Below are positions 28,919 to 38,842 of a stretch of DNA of 64,000 nt, piece by piece. Under the pieces are notes generated by a model that worked only from the letters and a program-made list of their open reading frames with translations, did not search any database and was not told where the DNA came from. The stretch comes from Minisyncoccia bacterium (GTDB taxonomy: Bacteria; Patescibacteriota; Minisyncoccia; SW-4-49-11): positions 94,327-158,326 of the forward strand of contig JBIKWJ010000002.1 of assembly GCA_044356325.1 (NCBI GenBank). The letters run 5' to 3'. Position 1 is the first letter of the stretch, and the number at the start of each line of letters is the position of its first letter. Position numbers and translations under genes: made by a program.

Positions 28919-30093
28919 ACTAATAAGAATAATATAAAGATTAATATATGCGGGAAGAATATACTATTCACAAACATAGAATGAGCTAAAATCAATCCCC
29001 AAGAACCAATAATAGCCACGCCCCAAGTTCTATCCAATCCACCTAAAGAGAGCCTCTTCCAAGCCCGAACTAGAGAAGCCGCCACTAATCCCAAGAATAA
29101 TCCCAGTCCAATAATACCACCGGTAAGCCAAAGAGTAAGTATGCTACTATCCCTGCCCGAAGCGGAATTAAGCTCAGATGGAACGGTATTCTGGTATTTA
29201 ATCGTATTATACCCAATGCCAAATAGGGGGTTACGGTCTATATCATCTAGAGTCTCTCGCCAAGACTGGAGACGCAAAGAAGCTGTCACATCGAGATTAA
29301 TAGCTCCCTGAATACGAGTTTGTAAACGAGGACTATTCATCACAATCAGAGATAATATAATCACAATAATGATAAATGTTTTGCGAGAAATCAATAAAGT
29401 CACCAGAGTAATACCAATAAGGAAAGCCAGAAGCGCACTACGAGAATAGGTCAGAACCAAAGCTCCGAGTACAATTCCAAGTCCCGCAATCCATATAATT
29501 AATTGCCCAATAATAGCCTTATTCCATTTTTTTGTCTCCTGCAATACTACCAATATACGAGATAATATAATAACGAGAGCCAGCCCCAAGAATCCTCCGA
29601 GAAAATTAGGATCATACCAAGTAGATAATAGTCGTCCCTGATGTGGATCCCAACCAAATTGAGCCATAAAAGAAAAGTCTGGAAATAAAATCAGCTGTAT
29701 AAATCCTAATATAGACAACACCACACTGGAGACAAAAACCATATACCATAGCTGATTATCTACTCGCTCCGCATTATCTTTACGATAATCTGTAAGGGGT
29801 AATATCAGCGCCATATAAGCTGCCAGTCTCACCCAATATAACAGAGAACCAATTTCCCCACCAACAGCTGGGATAAAGCTCAAATGTAGGAATAGTGAAC
29901 CGAGGAGATACAAAAGCCAAATCGCAATCAAAACAATAGGTACCGAGAAAGGGAAATCCTTGCGCTTATCCCGAGAAACCCACCAATATACGAGATAAAT
30001 TGGTATAAGAATATCCGTCAAAACCCCCAAATCACCAATACGGGTAATTTGTCCGGTAATAACACTAGCTATTAATATCCAATATCCTATCAT
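28915..30093 (-). CDS. O-antigen ligase family protein
   Basis: DPNFLG, LTYSRSA, PLFGIG motifs. Confidence 0.85.
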   Translation of the reverse strand: MIGYWILIASVITGQITRIGDLGVLTDILIPIYLVYWWVSRDKRKDFPFSVPIVLIAIWLLYLLGSLFLHLSFIPAVGGEIGSLLYWVRLAAYMALILPLTDYRKDNAERVDNQLWYMVFVSSVVLSILGFIQLILFPDFSFMAQFGWDPHQGRLLSTWYDPNFLGGFLGLALVIILSRILVVLQETKKWNKAIIGQLIIWIAGLGIVLGALVLTYSRSALLAFLIGITLVTLLISRKTFIIIVIILSLIVMNSPRLQTRIQGAINLDVTASLRLQSWRETLDDIDRNPLFGIGYNTIKYQNTVPSELNSASGRDSSILTLWLTGGIIGLGLFLGLVAASLVRAWKRLSLGGLDRTWGVAIIGSWGLILAHSMFVNSIFFPHILIFILFLLV

Positions 30094-30186
30094 ATATTCA
30101 GACTATATAGCCCTATTATACTCTTTTCTAAATAAATAATCTATTATTTGTATGAGATGATAAGATCGTAGATAAGTTATGCTTTC

Positions 30187-30359
30187 GTAGCGGAGGGTTT
30201 ATCCCTCCACTATTGTTCTTATGTAGGGGCGACCTTTCAGTCGCCCGTAGTGTTTTTGTACCTAACTGGCGAGTCTTTAAGTCCATCCCATACATTTTTT
30301 GGGATGGGGTGTCGATGAAATCGACGGATGTGGACAGGCGACTGCAAGGTCTCCCCTAC
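30187..30359. repeat. REP E, REP D, a double-hairpin element with nested insert, and an inverted REP D
   Basis: Direct sequence inspection. Confidence 0.8.
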
Positions 30360-30378
30360 AGAAAGAAAAAACCCTCGC

Positions 30379-30840
30379 TCAGCGAGGGGTGTGGGGTTGA
30401 TGAATTCTCCTTCGGAGAAAGTTCACCATAAAAATGAGTATATCAATTGAATATAAGCACAACAGTGCCAATAACATAGGAGGTAAAAAAGCCTCAATTA
30501 AGGGTATAGTTATAGACTTTTTAGTCATTATAAAAATTATATTCGCTGCATCAATAAACAGTGCAAGCCAAATAAATGCAACGAGTCCCGTCAGGGCAAC
30601 TTTTACCCAAGAATTCTTCATTGAAAGAAGCATTCCAAACATTATAATATATAATGCTGTAATTGTGATAAAATCTAAATTAAAGTACTCTTGATATAAC
30701 TGTACTGCTACTGATGTATTTAGATTTAGTACCTTTATGGTTGAGTTATAAAGTGCTGAACCCGCCAATATAGGTAATATTACGATATTCTTCACAGTTA
30801 TGAAAAATACTTGAAGAAGATTAGCTTTTGAAAGAGCCAT
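30379..30840 (-). CDS. Membrane protein (ORFan cassette)
   Basis: GGAGG RBS; TTTACA..ATGCTATTTT promoter; about 4 TM segments. Confidence 0.65.
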   Translation of the reverse strand: MALSKANLLQVFFITVKNIVILPILAGSALYNSTIKVLNLNTSVAVQLYQEYFNLDFITITALYIIMFGMLLSMKNSWVKVALTGLVAFIWLALFIDAANIIFIMTKKSITIPLIEAFLPPMLLALLCLYSIDILIFMVNFLRRRIHQPHTPR

Positions 30841-30917
30841 GATAGCCTCCGAGGGCTGGTGAGACTTTCAAAAAATAGCATATTTATATATTTTTGTAAA
30901 GGGTTGATAAGTTTTTA

Positions 30918-31167
30918 GTAGGGGCGACCTATGTTTTAAAAATTCCCCTCTTGAGGGGTGGCTTCCTGCTATGTTTAAATAGCGGGGAGACGGGGTGGAG
31001 TGTCTTTATCTTATTTATTTTTATTTTCTTTCCACCCCGGCCAGCAGAACTGTCCACCCCTCAAGAGGGGAATTTAAGCTCAGTACAAACCTACCTCTAC
31101 ACAGTCCACCCTCCTAAATAAATATAGGAGGAACTTAAAGCTCACCCACTCGTCTACCGTAGGTAGA
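30918..31167. repeat. Inverted pair of type A elements plus nested remnants
   Basis: AATTCCCCTCTTGAGGGGTG.. and ..CACCCCTCAAGAGGGGAATT. Confidence 0.8.
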
Positions 31168-31269
31168 AGGGAGGGCAGTAAATATGCCGATATCTTTTAA
31201 ACTACTAAAGAAAACCCTTACTAGCTTAGGTCAGTAAAAAGAAAAAGAGCTCGCACATAGTACGAGCTC

Positions 31270-31800
31270 TCAACAGCTTTTATGAAAAAGGATTATAGCA
31301 CCCGCAACAGCGAGTACCAACCCAACCCAATAGGGTCTGCCCAACAAAAACATTATCCCTATTACTACAAAGATTGTCCCTAATACAACCTTGGTGAAGA
31401 AATAGCCCAGAATTATTAATATAATTACTCCTATCAATACCAGAAATGGTGGGTGTTTTATTAGCATAAATATAAAAACGGCTATGACCAAAAGAGATAC
31501 GCATATAATCCACAATACCCCTACCCAGAGCATAATTAGTCCGGAGGTTTCCGGAAATATATCTATTAATTTCATTATTCCCGCAAGTACCAGGAGTGCT
31601 AAAATTATAGCAAAGAGATCTGATCCATACCACCTACCCCTACCATCTTTTTTTACAATAACCTCGCTTTTCCTTGCATCTCCGTCTTGCTTTAATCGAG
31701 CTAAGCGAAAGTCACATTCTTGACTTAGCATGGATAGAGCTAGGCGAGAGTCACATTTTTCTTGGTTACCAATTAATGGTTCTGATTGAGATTGATGCAC
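31270..31800 (-). CDS. Membrane protein (ORFan cassette) with a short internal repeat
   Basis: AAGGAGG RBS; TTGACA..ATGCTATAGT promoter; CDSRLA/CDFRLA repeat. Confidence 0.7.
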   Translation of the reverse strand: MHQSQSEPLIGNQEKCDSRLALSMLSQECDFRLARLKQDGDARKSEVIVKKDGRGRWYGSDLFAIILALLVLAGIMKLIDIFPETSGLIMLWVGVLWIICVSLLVIAVFIFMLIKHPPFLVLIGVIILIILGYFFTKVVLGTIFVVIGIMFLLGRPYWVGLVLAVAGAIILFHKSC

Positions 31801-31931
31801 TGGATGGAACCTCCTTTTGTAAAAGTTCTAATGAGCGGAATAGCTCATCACACGAAGACTATAGCATATTTTATCAATTTTGTCAATAGTAATTATCTTA
31901 TTTTTATAGCTTATTATATATCATTTGATTT

Positions 31932-32128
31932 TTCCAATACTTCCGAGGTCTATCTGTTTCTGCTAGAATAGCAATCACATCGATAATAGAAAAATACCAT
32001 TTTTCTTGATCAACATACCAAATACTACGAACCTGTTTTTTTCAAATAGTTTGATTGCTATATCTTTTTTCATAGAATTAGCTTAGATATATTTATTATA
32101 TCTCTTTTGTCGAGAATTGTGCTATATG
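31932..32128 (-). pseudogene. Degenerate duplicate of the BRO gene 5' end and promoter
   Basis: ~195-bp copy of 32822-33018 with several substitutions and a frameshift. Confidence 0.8.
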
Positions 32129-32142
32129 CACTCAATATAATT

Positions 32143-32964
32143 TTAGTTCTTATCAATGAGCTTTTTTGCTGATATGGAACTAACAACCTTTTTTCCCGTT
32201 TTCTCCTCTATTTCCCTTCGAGTATTGCCCGCAATAGTACCACCTTGATTTGCTATGACTTTATTCTGGTCAAAGTTCTTAGGCTTTTTCTCTTTACTAA
32301 TTTCGGTAGTTGTTGCTTCTGCAAGCATATTAAGAACTAGCTCTAAGTTAGTCATATTATCTCGTAAATTCTCTTTTTTTAGATTTTTGTATTGTTTATA
32401 TGCTTTGACCGATAAACCGCTCCAAGCTCTTGTAATTTCATCCGTTAATATAGCATATTCTTGTCCCTTTTTTACTCCTCTTATATCCCACTCATCAGTA
32501 AGTTCTTTTCTTACCTCTATACTTTTAAGTCTTTGATTTACCCATTCTTTAGAATATCCCTTTTTGAGATATATCTCCATCAATCTATCTATTCCAAGCT
32601 CTGGATCTTCAATTTCATCGAGACGCTCCCGCGCAACCTGTGCTATCCATATTTTAAAAGGTTCAGCTTTAGGAGAAGGGATAGATTGAATAAGTCTAAA
32701 TAATTGCTCCGTATCAGCAACATCAGTAAGTCTTAATTTTCCATCCGAAGCTTTTATTTTCAACTGTCCGATATTTTCGGACAGTTCACTTCCTTCATTA
32801 CCAAGTTTTGTTTTGAGATCATTCCAATACTTCCGAGGTCTATCTGTTTCTGCTAGGATAGCAATCACATCAATAATAGAAAAATACCATTTTTCTTGAT
32901 CAACATCCCAAATACTACGAACCTGTTTTTTCTCAAATAATTTGATTGCTATATCTTTTTTCAT
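32143..32964 (-). CDS. BRO-N domain protein (phage antirepressor-like)
   Basis: VRSIWD..WYFSIIDVI, RLIQSIPSPKAEPFK, NLRDNM motifs. Confidence 0.85.
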   Translation of the reverse strand: MKKDIAIKLFEKKQVRSIWDVDQEKWYFSIIDVIAILAETDRPRKYWNDLKTKLGNEGSELSENIGQLKIKASDGKLRLTDVADTEQLFRLIQSIPSPKAEPFKIWIAQVARERLDEIEDPELGIDRLMEIYLKKGYSKEWVNQRLKSIEVRKELTDEWDIRGVKKGQEYAILTDEITRAWSGLSVKAYKQYKNLKKENLRDNMTNLELVLNMLAEATTTEISKEKKPKNFDQNKVIANQGGTIAGNTRREIEEKTGKKVVSSISAKKLIDKN

Positions 32965-33146
32965 AGAATTAGCTTAGATGTATTTATTATACTCTTTTGT
33001 CCAGAATTGTGCTATATGGATAGTATATTTTTGTAAAGGTCTTATTATTGATAATTCTCATCTTATTGAAATCTATATTATGTGTTGTTATGTATTGACA
33101 AAATAACATATTTATGGTATAGTTATATTATATTTGATCCTTATTT

Positions 33147-33473
33147 ATGCCTAAAAAAGCCTCTCCTCTCACCATTCAGGGTGAGGAGATTCAAGTTGGT
33201 TGGAAGTTTCAAGCGGGGTCTCCACTGAAGAATTATAAGGTTATTGGGATAACCTTTAGTTCAGTATGCTTCGAGACTCTCGATGGGAGAGTGGAGCCAG
33301 CCATGCCACATGCTCAGTTCAGAGCTTGGTTAGAGCCTCCCACTCCAAAAGACCCCACAGAGTCCAGGCGGCCTAATTGTCCTGTAAGGAGACTCCATCC
33401 ATCCACCAAGAACGACATCCCTACTTATGGGGGATCCCCAGGTCAAATATTCAAACGCCCCCAAAGTCCCTAG
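33147..33473 (+). CDS. Hypothetical protein (ORFan cassette)
   Basis: TTGACA..ATGGTATAGT promoter at 33095; terminator right after the stop. Confidence 0.6.
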   Translation: MPKKASPLTIQGEEIQVGWKFQAGSPLKNYKVIGITFSSVCFETLDGRVEPAMPHAQFRAWLEPPTPKDPTESRRPNCPVRRLHPSTKNDIPTYGGSPGQIFKRPQSP

Positions 33474-33591
33474 CCCCACGGCAACACGCGGGGCTTTTTT
33501 GTTTACCTTAAGCACAGTTTTTGTGTGTTGATAATTATTGACAAAGTCAAGAAAATATGTTATAGTGTTCCTGTTTTGATTCTTTAGTCAA

Positions 33592-33849
33592 ATGTCAACC
33601 CTTCACGGCTTCTTTCATCAGTCCGATGCAAATCTTTTTGGGTATTGTGAGTACACAACACCCACTCCTGGGAAAAATGTATTCGTAACTGAGGTATTAC
33701 CGGGAGAGGGAGATGCAATTCCTTCAACACAACGTAATCCTCTTTCTGATTATGTGGGTATTGTACTCACAATGGTGAGGAGAATAGACCCCGAAAATTT
33801 TTGTGAGGAAGAAGAGCTTGAAGAAGGCCGCGGAGAAGAAGACGGCTAA
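33592..33849 (+). CDS. Hypothetical protein (ORFan cassette)
   Basis: TTGACA..ATGTTATAGT promoter at 33538; C-rich tract and terminator. Confidence 0.6.
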   Translation: MSTLHGFFHQSDANLFGYCEYTTPTPGKNVFVTEVLPGEGDAIPSTQRNPLSDYVGIVLTMVRRIDPENFCEEEELEEGRGEEDG

Positions 33850-33962
33850 TCCCAGCCCTCACAACATACCCAGCCCTGCGCATCGCGGGGCTTTTTTGTT
33901 TGATAAAAAAAACTCCTACTTTCATGTAGGAGGGTTGGGTTTAGATAAGGATGAATAAGTTT

Positions 33963-34274
33963 TTAGATGGGTTCTTTAATGAGTTGCTCGATTGTTTTGA
34001 GACTCTCATCTATTTTTTTAAGTTCCGTCACTATCCTTGATATTACTATAGTATCTTGTAGATTTATTAATACATCTTCTTCTTCTGTTCTACCACGTAT
34101 GCACTGAATGGTGTCGCTAATAAAAGTAATGATACGGATACGGTGTTTATGTCTAGTATCTTGGGAAAGATATTCCTCGATTTCTCTAAGCATACTAGGT
34201 ATAGTCTCTTCTTTTATTCCCCTCGCATCTTGAAGCGGGGGCAGGGTCGGACTTTGAATTGCTGAAAGAGACAT
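33963..34274 (-). CDS. Hypothetical protein (ORFan cassette)
   Basis: AGGAG RBS; TTGACT promoter; terminator at 33905-33935. Confidence 0.6.
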   Translation of the reverse strand: MSLSAIQSPTLPPLQDARGIKEETIPSMLREIEEYLSQDTRHKHRIRIITFISDTIQCIRGRTEEEDVLINLQDTIVISRIVTELKKIDESLKTIEQLIKEPI

Positions 34275-34387
34275 CAGGTTCTCCTGAAGTTTGGATGAAC
34301 TTAATTACCCTATCATACATTAGTAATATAGTCAATATTTATGATATTTTTTATAGTCTAGTATACGAGGAATTTATACCTATTTTT

Positions 34388-35176
34388 TTACCCCCAACAA
34401 TATAATAACCTTAAATGTATAGGCATTAGGAGAAGATTCCAAAACCAACCATACCATTTGGCGATATATTTTCTCTGGGCGGTATAATATCGCTCTTTGG
34501 TTTTACGAATATTGCTCTCTGAGCCTCCTTCTTGATGCCAGACGGTGATTTGTTGAGTCCACTCTATATCTCTCCCTATTTGTTTAGCTCGATAGCATAA
34601 ATCTATATCTTCATAATACATAAAATATCTCTCATCAAAGCCTCCAAGTTTACGGAATAAGGCGGTCTCGATACAGAGTGAGCCTCCACTTACCCAATCG
34701 GTGGATATAGTCTGTTCTGTAGGCATTTGCCAAGTCTTTTTAGCTGTATTCCTGATTATACTCTGAGGTGTGGGGAAAACTCCATACTGATACTCTTGTA
34801 TTCTCGTATTATTATCCACCAGAGCCAGTCCCATTATCCCTGTATTTTCACCAATTGTGGATAATGTGTGGATATCTCCTTGTATCTTGGTGTCGGGGTT
34901 AATAATACATAGCCAGTAACCTGTCGCAATAGTCACTCCTATATTCACTCCAGCGCCAAATCCAGCATTTTTATCTGAATACACAATATGTATTCTTTCT
35001 GTGGATAAGTCTTTGAGACTATCGAGATTCTCTCCCGAATTATTCTCGACTACTATTATCTCATATTCTCCTGTGGTGGATGAGATAATAGCTTTTATAC
35101 AGTCTTCTAGATAATGCTTAGTCTTATATGAGACTATAATAAAGGATATGGTTTTATTCTTGAATATTGATGGCAT
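34388..35176 (-). CDS. GT2 glycosyltransferase
   Basis: IIVSY, NAGFGAGVN, INPD, FDERYFMYYEDID motifs. Confidence 0.9.
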   Translation of the reverse strand: MPSIFKNKTISFIIVSYKTKHYLEDCIKAIISSTTGEYEIIVVENNSGENLDSLKDLSTERIHIVYSDKNAGFGAGVNIGVTIATGYWLCIINPDTKIQGDIHTLSTIGENTGIMGLALVDNNTRIQEYQYGVFPTPQSIIRNTAKKTWQMPTEQTISTDWVSGGSLCIETALFRKLGGFDERYFMYYEDIDLCYRAKQIGRDIEWTQQITVWHQEGGSESNIRKTKERYYTAQRKYIAKWYGWFWNLLLMPIHLRLLYCWG

Positions 35177-36584
35177 AATACTGTTTTAGTCGATTAATTC
35201 CAAGGGGTAGAAGAGTAAGCCCAAATACTAATACTGCTATTATACTTTGGAAGAAAATATTCCAGTCTCTGATAAAGTATAATACCACTCCCATTATTGT
35301 GGTGGCGATGATAATCAGTATATGTATCCATTGGAAGCGTGGGAACCATTTTACATATCGCCTGACAAGATAAATATAGCTAATGAGTACTAATCCTTCT
35401 GTGATAGCGGTGGCAATAGCGGCTCCCAGATACGAGTAGCGAGGGATAAGATAAAGATTAAGTCCTACATTAAAGAATGCTCCAATTATTGCAATATACA
35501 TACTTTTATTCTGGAACTGGGCTCCTATCAGAATATGTCCCATAAGGTTACCAAGGAATATAAAGCCTATTCCCACAAATAATACTTGTAATGTGGTGGT
35601 AGCTGGGAGGAATTCTGATCCTGCGATAAGGCTTAACATATTACTAGATAATAATATCCCTCCTATACTTAATGGTATGGCGATGGTGATAAGTATATTA
35701 AAGGCTTGCTGGAATATATGTTTAAATCTCTCTTTGTCCTGTTTATAATATTTAGCAAAGAGGGGGAGTAATAATCCCATAAACATTCCTGGGATGGCTA
35801 TTGATATTTCTAAAACTTTATATGAAGCCCCATATAGTCCTACGGCTGTTTGATCCTTCATCACAGATAGCATTATAGTATCTATTCGATAATAAATAAG
35901 ATTAAAGGTAATAATAATAAAAAGGGGAAAGGCTTTTTTGAATATGTATTTCCAATAAGGCCAATCTATAGCGAGTTTGAGAGGATAATATTTGTAGGTA
36001 GCGGTGATAACAAAAATAGCCTGAGCTATTCCTGCTATGCTATATATCACCATTACCCAGAATAAATTCACCGTACCAAGTAAAGCGAGGAGAATAACTC
36101 CTACTGTTAATGTTATTCGAGAAATAAAATCTCCTATGGTAATTTTGTCTGTGCGGAGATTGGTCTGAAAGACTCCTACCAAAACTTGAGATAATGATGA
36201 TCCTATTGTTCCTATTGACCCGAGAGCCACTAGCCATTTCACTTCAGTAGAATAGGATGGGATAAGCCATACTGCTAAAGAGGCAAATATCCCAATTATG
36301 GATATTGCCATTACGAGGCGGGCGGTGAATAAATTATTGACAATATGTCCGGCTTCTTCCTCATCTTTACCAGCGATTTCGGTGGTAAGAAGTGCATTAA
36401 ATCCATATTCAGCGATTACGCTCGCTATAATGAGATAACTCGTAATAGTAATATAAGCTCCAAATCCTTCTACTCCCAATGTAGTGGTGAGTATTCGTAT
36501 AGAAATAAACCCAACCACTATCATCACAAATTTACCTAAAATCTGGATAATACTATTCAGGGCTAATTTCTTATTTAATGTCAT
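35154..36584 (-). CDS. Wzx-like polysaccharide flippase
   Basis: 12-14 TM; RIDTIML, VGLYGASY, GAAIAT motifs. Confidence 0.88.
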   Translation of the reverse strand: MTLNKKLALNSIIQILGKFVMIVVGFISIRILTTTLGVEGFGAYITITSYLIIASVIAEYGFNALLTTEIAGKDEEEAGHIVNNLFTARLVMAISIIGIFASLAVWLIPSYSTEVKWLVALGSIGTIGSSLSQVLVGVFQTNLRTDKITIGDFISRITLTVGVILLALLGTVNLFWVMVIYSIAGIAQAIFVITATYKYYPLKLAIDWPYWKYIFKKAFPLFIIITFNLIYYRIDTIMLSVMKDQTAVGLYGASYKVLEISIAIPGMFMGLLLPLFAKYYKQDKERFKHIFQQAFNILITIAIPLSIGGILLSSNMLSLIAGSEFLPATTTLQVLFVGIGFIFLGNLMGHILIGAQFQNKSMYIAIIGAFFNVGLNLYLIPRYSYLGAAIATAITEGLVLISYIYLVRRYVKWFPRFQWIHILIIIATTIMGVVLYFIRDWNIFFQSIIAVLVFGLTLLPLGINRLKQYYAINIQE

Positions 36585-36593
36585 AGATGAGTA

Positions 36594-37352
36594 TTATTTT
36601 AGCCCCTCTGCTTTGTCAACTTGTTTTATAAGGAAAAATTCTTGTACTATTGTGAATACGGTTGTAGTAATCCAATATAGACTCATAGATGCTGGGAGTG
36701 AATAAGCAAATACTGTTACGAGAATTGGCATCAAGAATAGCATTTGTTTATTGAGTATTGTTGCAAAATCTGGCTCTTCTGGCTTATCTGATTTTTTCTT
36801 TTTCTTATCTTCAACTTTTTTCGGTTGAGTTCTCTTCATAATAAGTTTAATTTGATAATATTGAGATATACCAACGAGAAGAGCCAATATAATATTCTTT
36901 GTGTCAGCTATATTCAAAACACCAAATATTAAGGTATTAAACCCATTTTCTGGTAAAGTAACAAAAGAATAAAGGGCTGGATAGGTTTCAGGCTTGAATA
37001 AATTAAGAGATACCTGATAAATAGCAATAAGTATAGGTAATTGTACTAATAATAATACTATTCCGGCAAATGGATTAACATTATGCTCTTTATAAGCTTT
37101 CATTAATTCCTCTGAGAGCTTTTGCTTATCATCTTTATATTTTACCTGTAATTCTTTGATTATAGGTTGTATAATAGTGATTTCCCGCTGACTTTTTATA
37201 CTAGCTCGATACAAAGGTATCATCAATATTCGGACAATGAGAGTAGTGAGTATAATCGCCAAACCAAGATTAGCTCCTGGTATAATATCATAAAAGAATA
37301 CCATTGAGTTGAATAATGGTCTATATAATAATTCATTGAATAACCATCCCAT
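36594..37352 (-). CDS. yidC: Membrane protein insertase YidC
   Basis: VNPFAG..LVQLPI, LYW motifs; follows rnpA. Confidence 0.92.
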   Translation of the reverse strand: MGWLFNELLYRPLFNSMVFFYDIIPGANLGLAIILTTLIVRILMIPLYRASIKSQREITIIQPIIKELQVKYKDDKQKLSEELMKAYKEHNVNPFAGIVLLLVQLPILIAIYQVSLNLFKPETYPALYSFVTLPENGFNTLIFGVLNIADTKNIILALLVGISQYYQIKLIMKRTQPKKVEDKKKKKSDKPEEPDFATILNKQMLFLMPILVTVFAYSLPASMSLYWITTTVFTIVQEFFLIKQVDKAEGLK

Positions 37353-37360
37353 ACTGATTT

Positions 37361-37681
37361 TTAAGTTAAGGTATTAATATATTGTGTTAATTGCTCCAAT
37401 ACTTGAGTTTTATTCTCTTGTTTTGGGCGAGTACGAACTAGTACAAGTATATCATAATGTGATGTTTTTGTAATAATTTGCTTGCGAAATAATTCTCGAA
37501 TTTGCCTTTTGAATGTATTACGATTCACGGCAAGAGGTATATGTTTTTTGGATATAATAATACCAAATCGAGTAATATTCGTATTACTTTTGCGAGTATA
37601 TATCTGGAATATGCCAAGATATTGAGGCTTAATTTCAGCAAATATAGAGGCTATATCTGATGATTCATGCAGCCGCTCCAT
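37361..37681 (-). CDS. rnpA: Ribonuclease P protein component
   Basis: RFGIIISKK, AVNRN..KRQIRE motifs. Confidence 0.9.
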   Translation of the reverse strand: MERLHESSDIASIFAEIKPQYLGIFQIYTRKSNTNITRFGIIISKKHIPLAVNRNTFKRQIRELFRKQIITKTSHYDILVLVRTRPKQENKTQVLEQLTQYINTLT

Positions 37682-37704
37682 TGTGTGTTTTTATATAAAA
37701 TAAA

Positions 37705-37839
37705 TTAGACGGATAATTTTGCTCGTCCTCTTGCTCGGCGTCGATTAATAAGAGCTCGTCCTGACTTTGTAGCCATACGAGACAAAAAACCATGTCGGCG
37801 ATTTCTTTTACGATTCTTACTTGCTGCTCCTTTGATCAT
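37705..37839 (-). CDS. rpmH: 50S ribosomal protein L34 (absent from ORF track)
   Basis: [44 protein letters not shown]. Confidence 0.93.
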   Translation of the reverse strand: MIKGAASKNRKRNRRHGFLSRMATKSGRALINRRRARGRAKLSV

Positions 37840-37913
37840 ATATATAACGATAGACTTGATGAGTATTATAGCCTATTATTAAGAGAAAGTCAAGGTTTGG
37901 TATTGTTCAAAAT

Positions 37914-38450
37914 TTAATTATCAAAATCTTTTGCTTTTAAATTAAAGATTTTTTGATTTATACTATAAATTCCTATATTAAAAATATTATTATCATCATG
38001 AAGAGTAATAACATCTACCCTATTAAAAATAAAGGTGGGGAAGTTACTATTATCAGTTGTAGCAATAAATAACTCATTTCTTTTTGAGTTATATTTAATC
38101 ATTTGTGCTGCAATTAAACAATCTCCAAATGAAATTTGTTTAGCATACTTAATATTTTTTCTAGAGTATATATTGGAAATTAAACGGGCTTTTTCAAATA
38201 CACTTTTATCTACTGGAAGCTCCATCCTATTAGATCCTAATAATAAATCAAGATATTCTTGCTTTGCTTGTAAATCTTCTTGAGTTGTACACCCTCTCAA
38301 AAATTCAAATTTAATCGTCTGATCTATAACTGATTTTACATTTAAGTCAAATATTCTTTCGAAGAATAGAGTGAATATCTCTTCGTTTTTTACATTATAT
38401 ATTAATAAGTTTGTATCTAAAAGAAGATGTTTACCCCTAATTTCTTCCAT
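37914..38450 (-). CDS. PIN domain protein (VapC-like)
   Basis: LLLDTN, FEFLRG, ISFGDCLIAA, ATTD..F motifs. Confidence 0.85.
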   Translation of the reverse strand: MEEIRGKHLLLDTNLLIYNVKNEEIFTLFFERIFDLNVKSVIDQTIKFEFLRGCTTQEDLQAKQEYLDLLLGSNRMELPVDKSVFEKARLISNIYSRKNIKYAKQISFGDCLIAAQMIKYNSKRNELFIATTDNSNFPTFIFNRVDVITLHDDNNIFNIGIYSINQKIFNLKAKDFDN

Positions 38451-38601
38451 AAGATATACCTTCTTTATTTTGTTCTCTCTCTTCTCTTTCAATAATTTCT
38501 TTCACTTTTTTTATACTTGCCTTAAGAGCATCATCAAAAAGGTAAGCTGGTCTATTGACTAAAGTTGATTGATTATTTATTGGTTTAACTTTTTTATCCA
38601 T
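38437..38601 (-). CDS. 54-aa putative antitoxin overlapping the PIN gene start
   Basis: MDKKVKPINNQSTLVNRPAYLFDDALKASIKKVKEIIEREEREQNKEGISYGRN; overlap suggests translational coupling. Confidence 0.5.
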   Translation of the reverse strand: MDKKVKPINNQSTLVNRPAYLFDDALKASIKKVKEIIEREEREQNKEGISYGRN

Positions 38602-38753
38602 ATTTTTAGATTATATATCTTTATAATATCATATGATAGAGGTTGTTTCTAGATTTAAATACCATAATATTTAAATACAATTTAGCTTTATTATTAATAA
38701 TGAATTTCCTAAAGTGAATTCAAGGTGAATTATAGCTCATATACAATCTTTAT

Positions 38754-38821
38754 TGTGGATATCTTTGCAAAAATCCTGCAATAGCGTATAATAAAATCAA
38801 CTTATCCACAGATTATCAACA
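38754..38821 (+). promoter_or_regulatory. dnaA promoter with DnaA boxes
   Basis: TTGCAA..TATAAT; TTATCCACA at 38802-38810; TTATCAACA at 38813-38821. Confidence 0.75.
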
Positions 38822-38842
38822 TCATCAATTTAGACGATTGCA

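Noticed and set aside
31932-33018. DGR template/variable repeat pair
   Set aside because: Mismatches are not adenine-specific and include indels, the copy covers the 5' end and promoter, and no reverse transcriptase is in the window.
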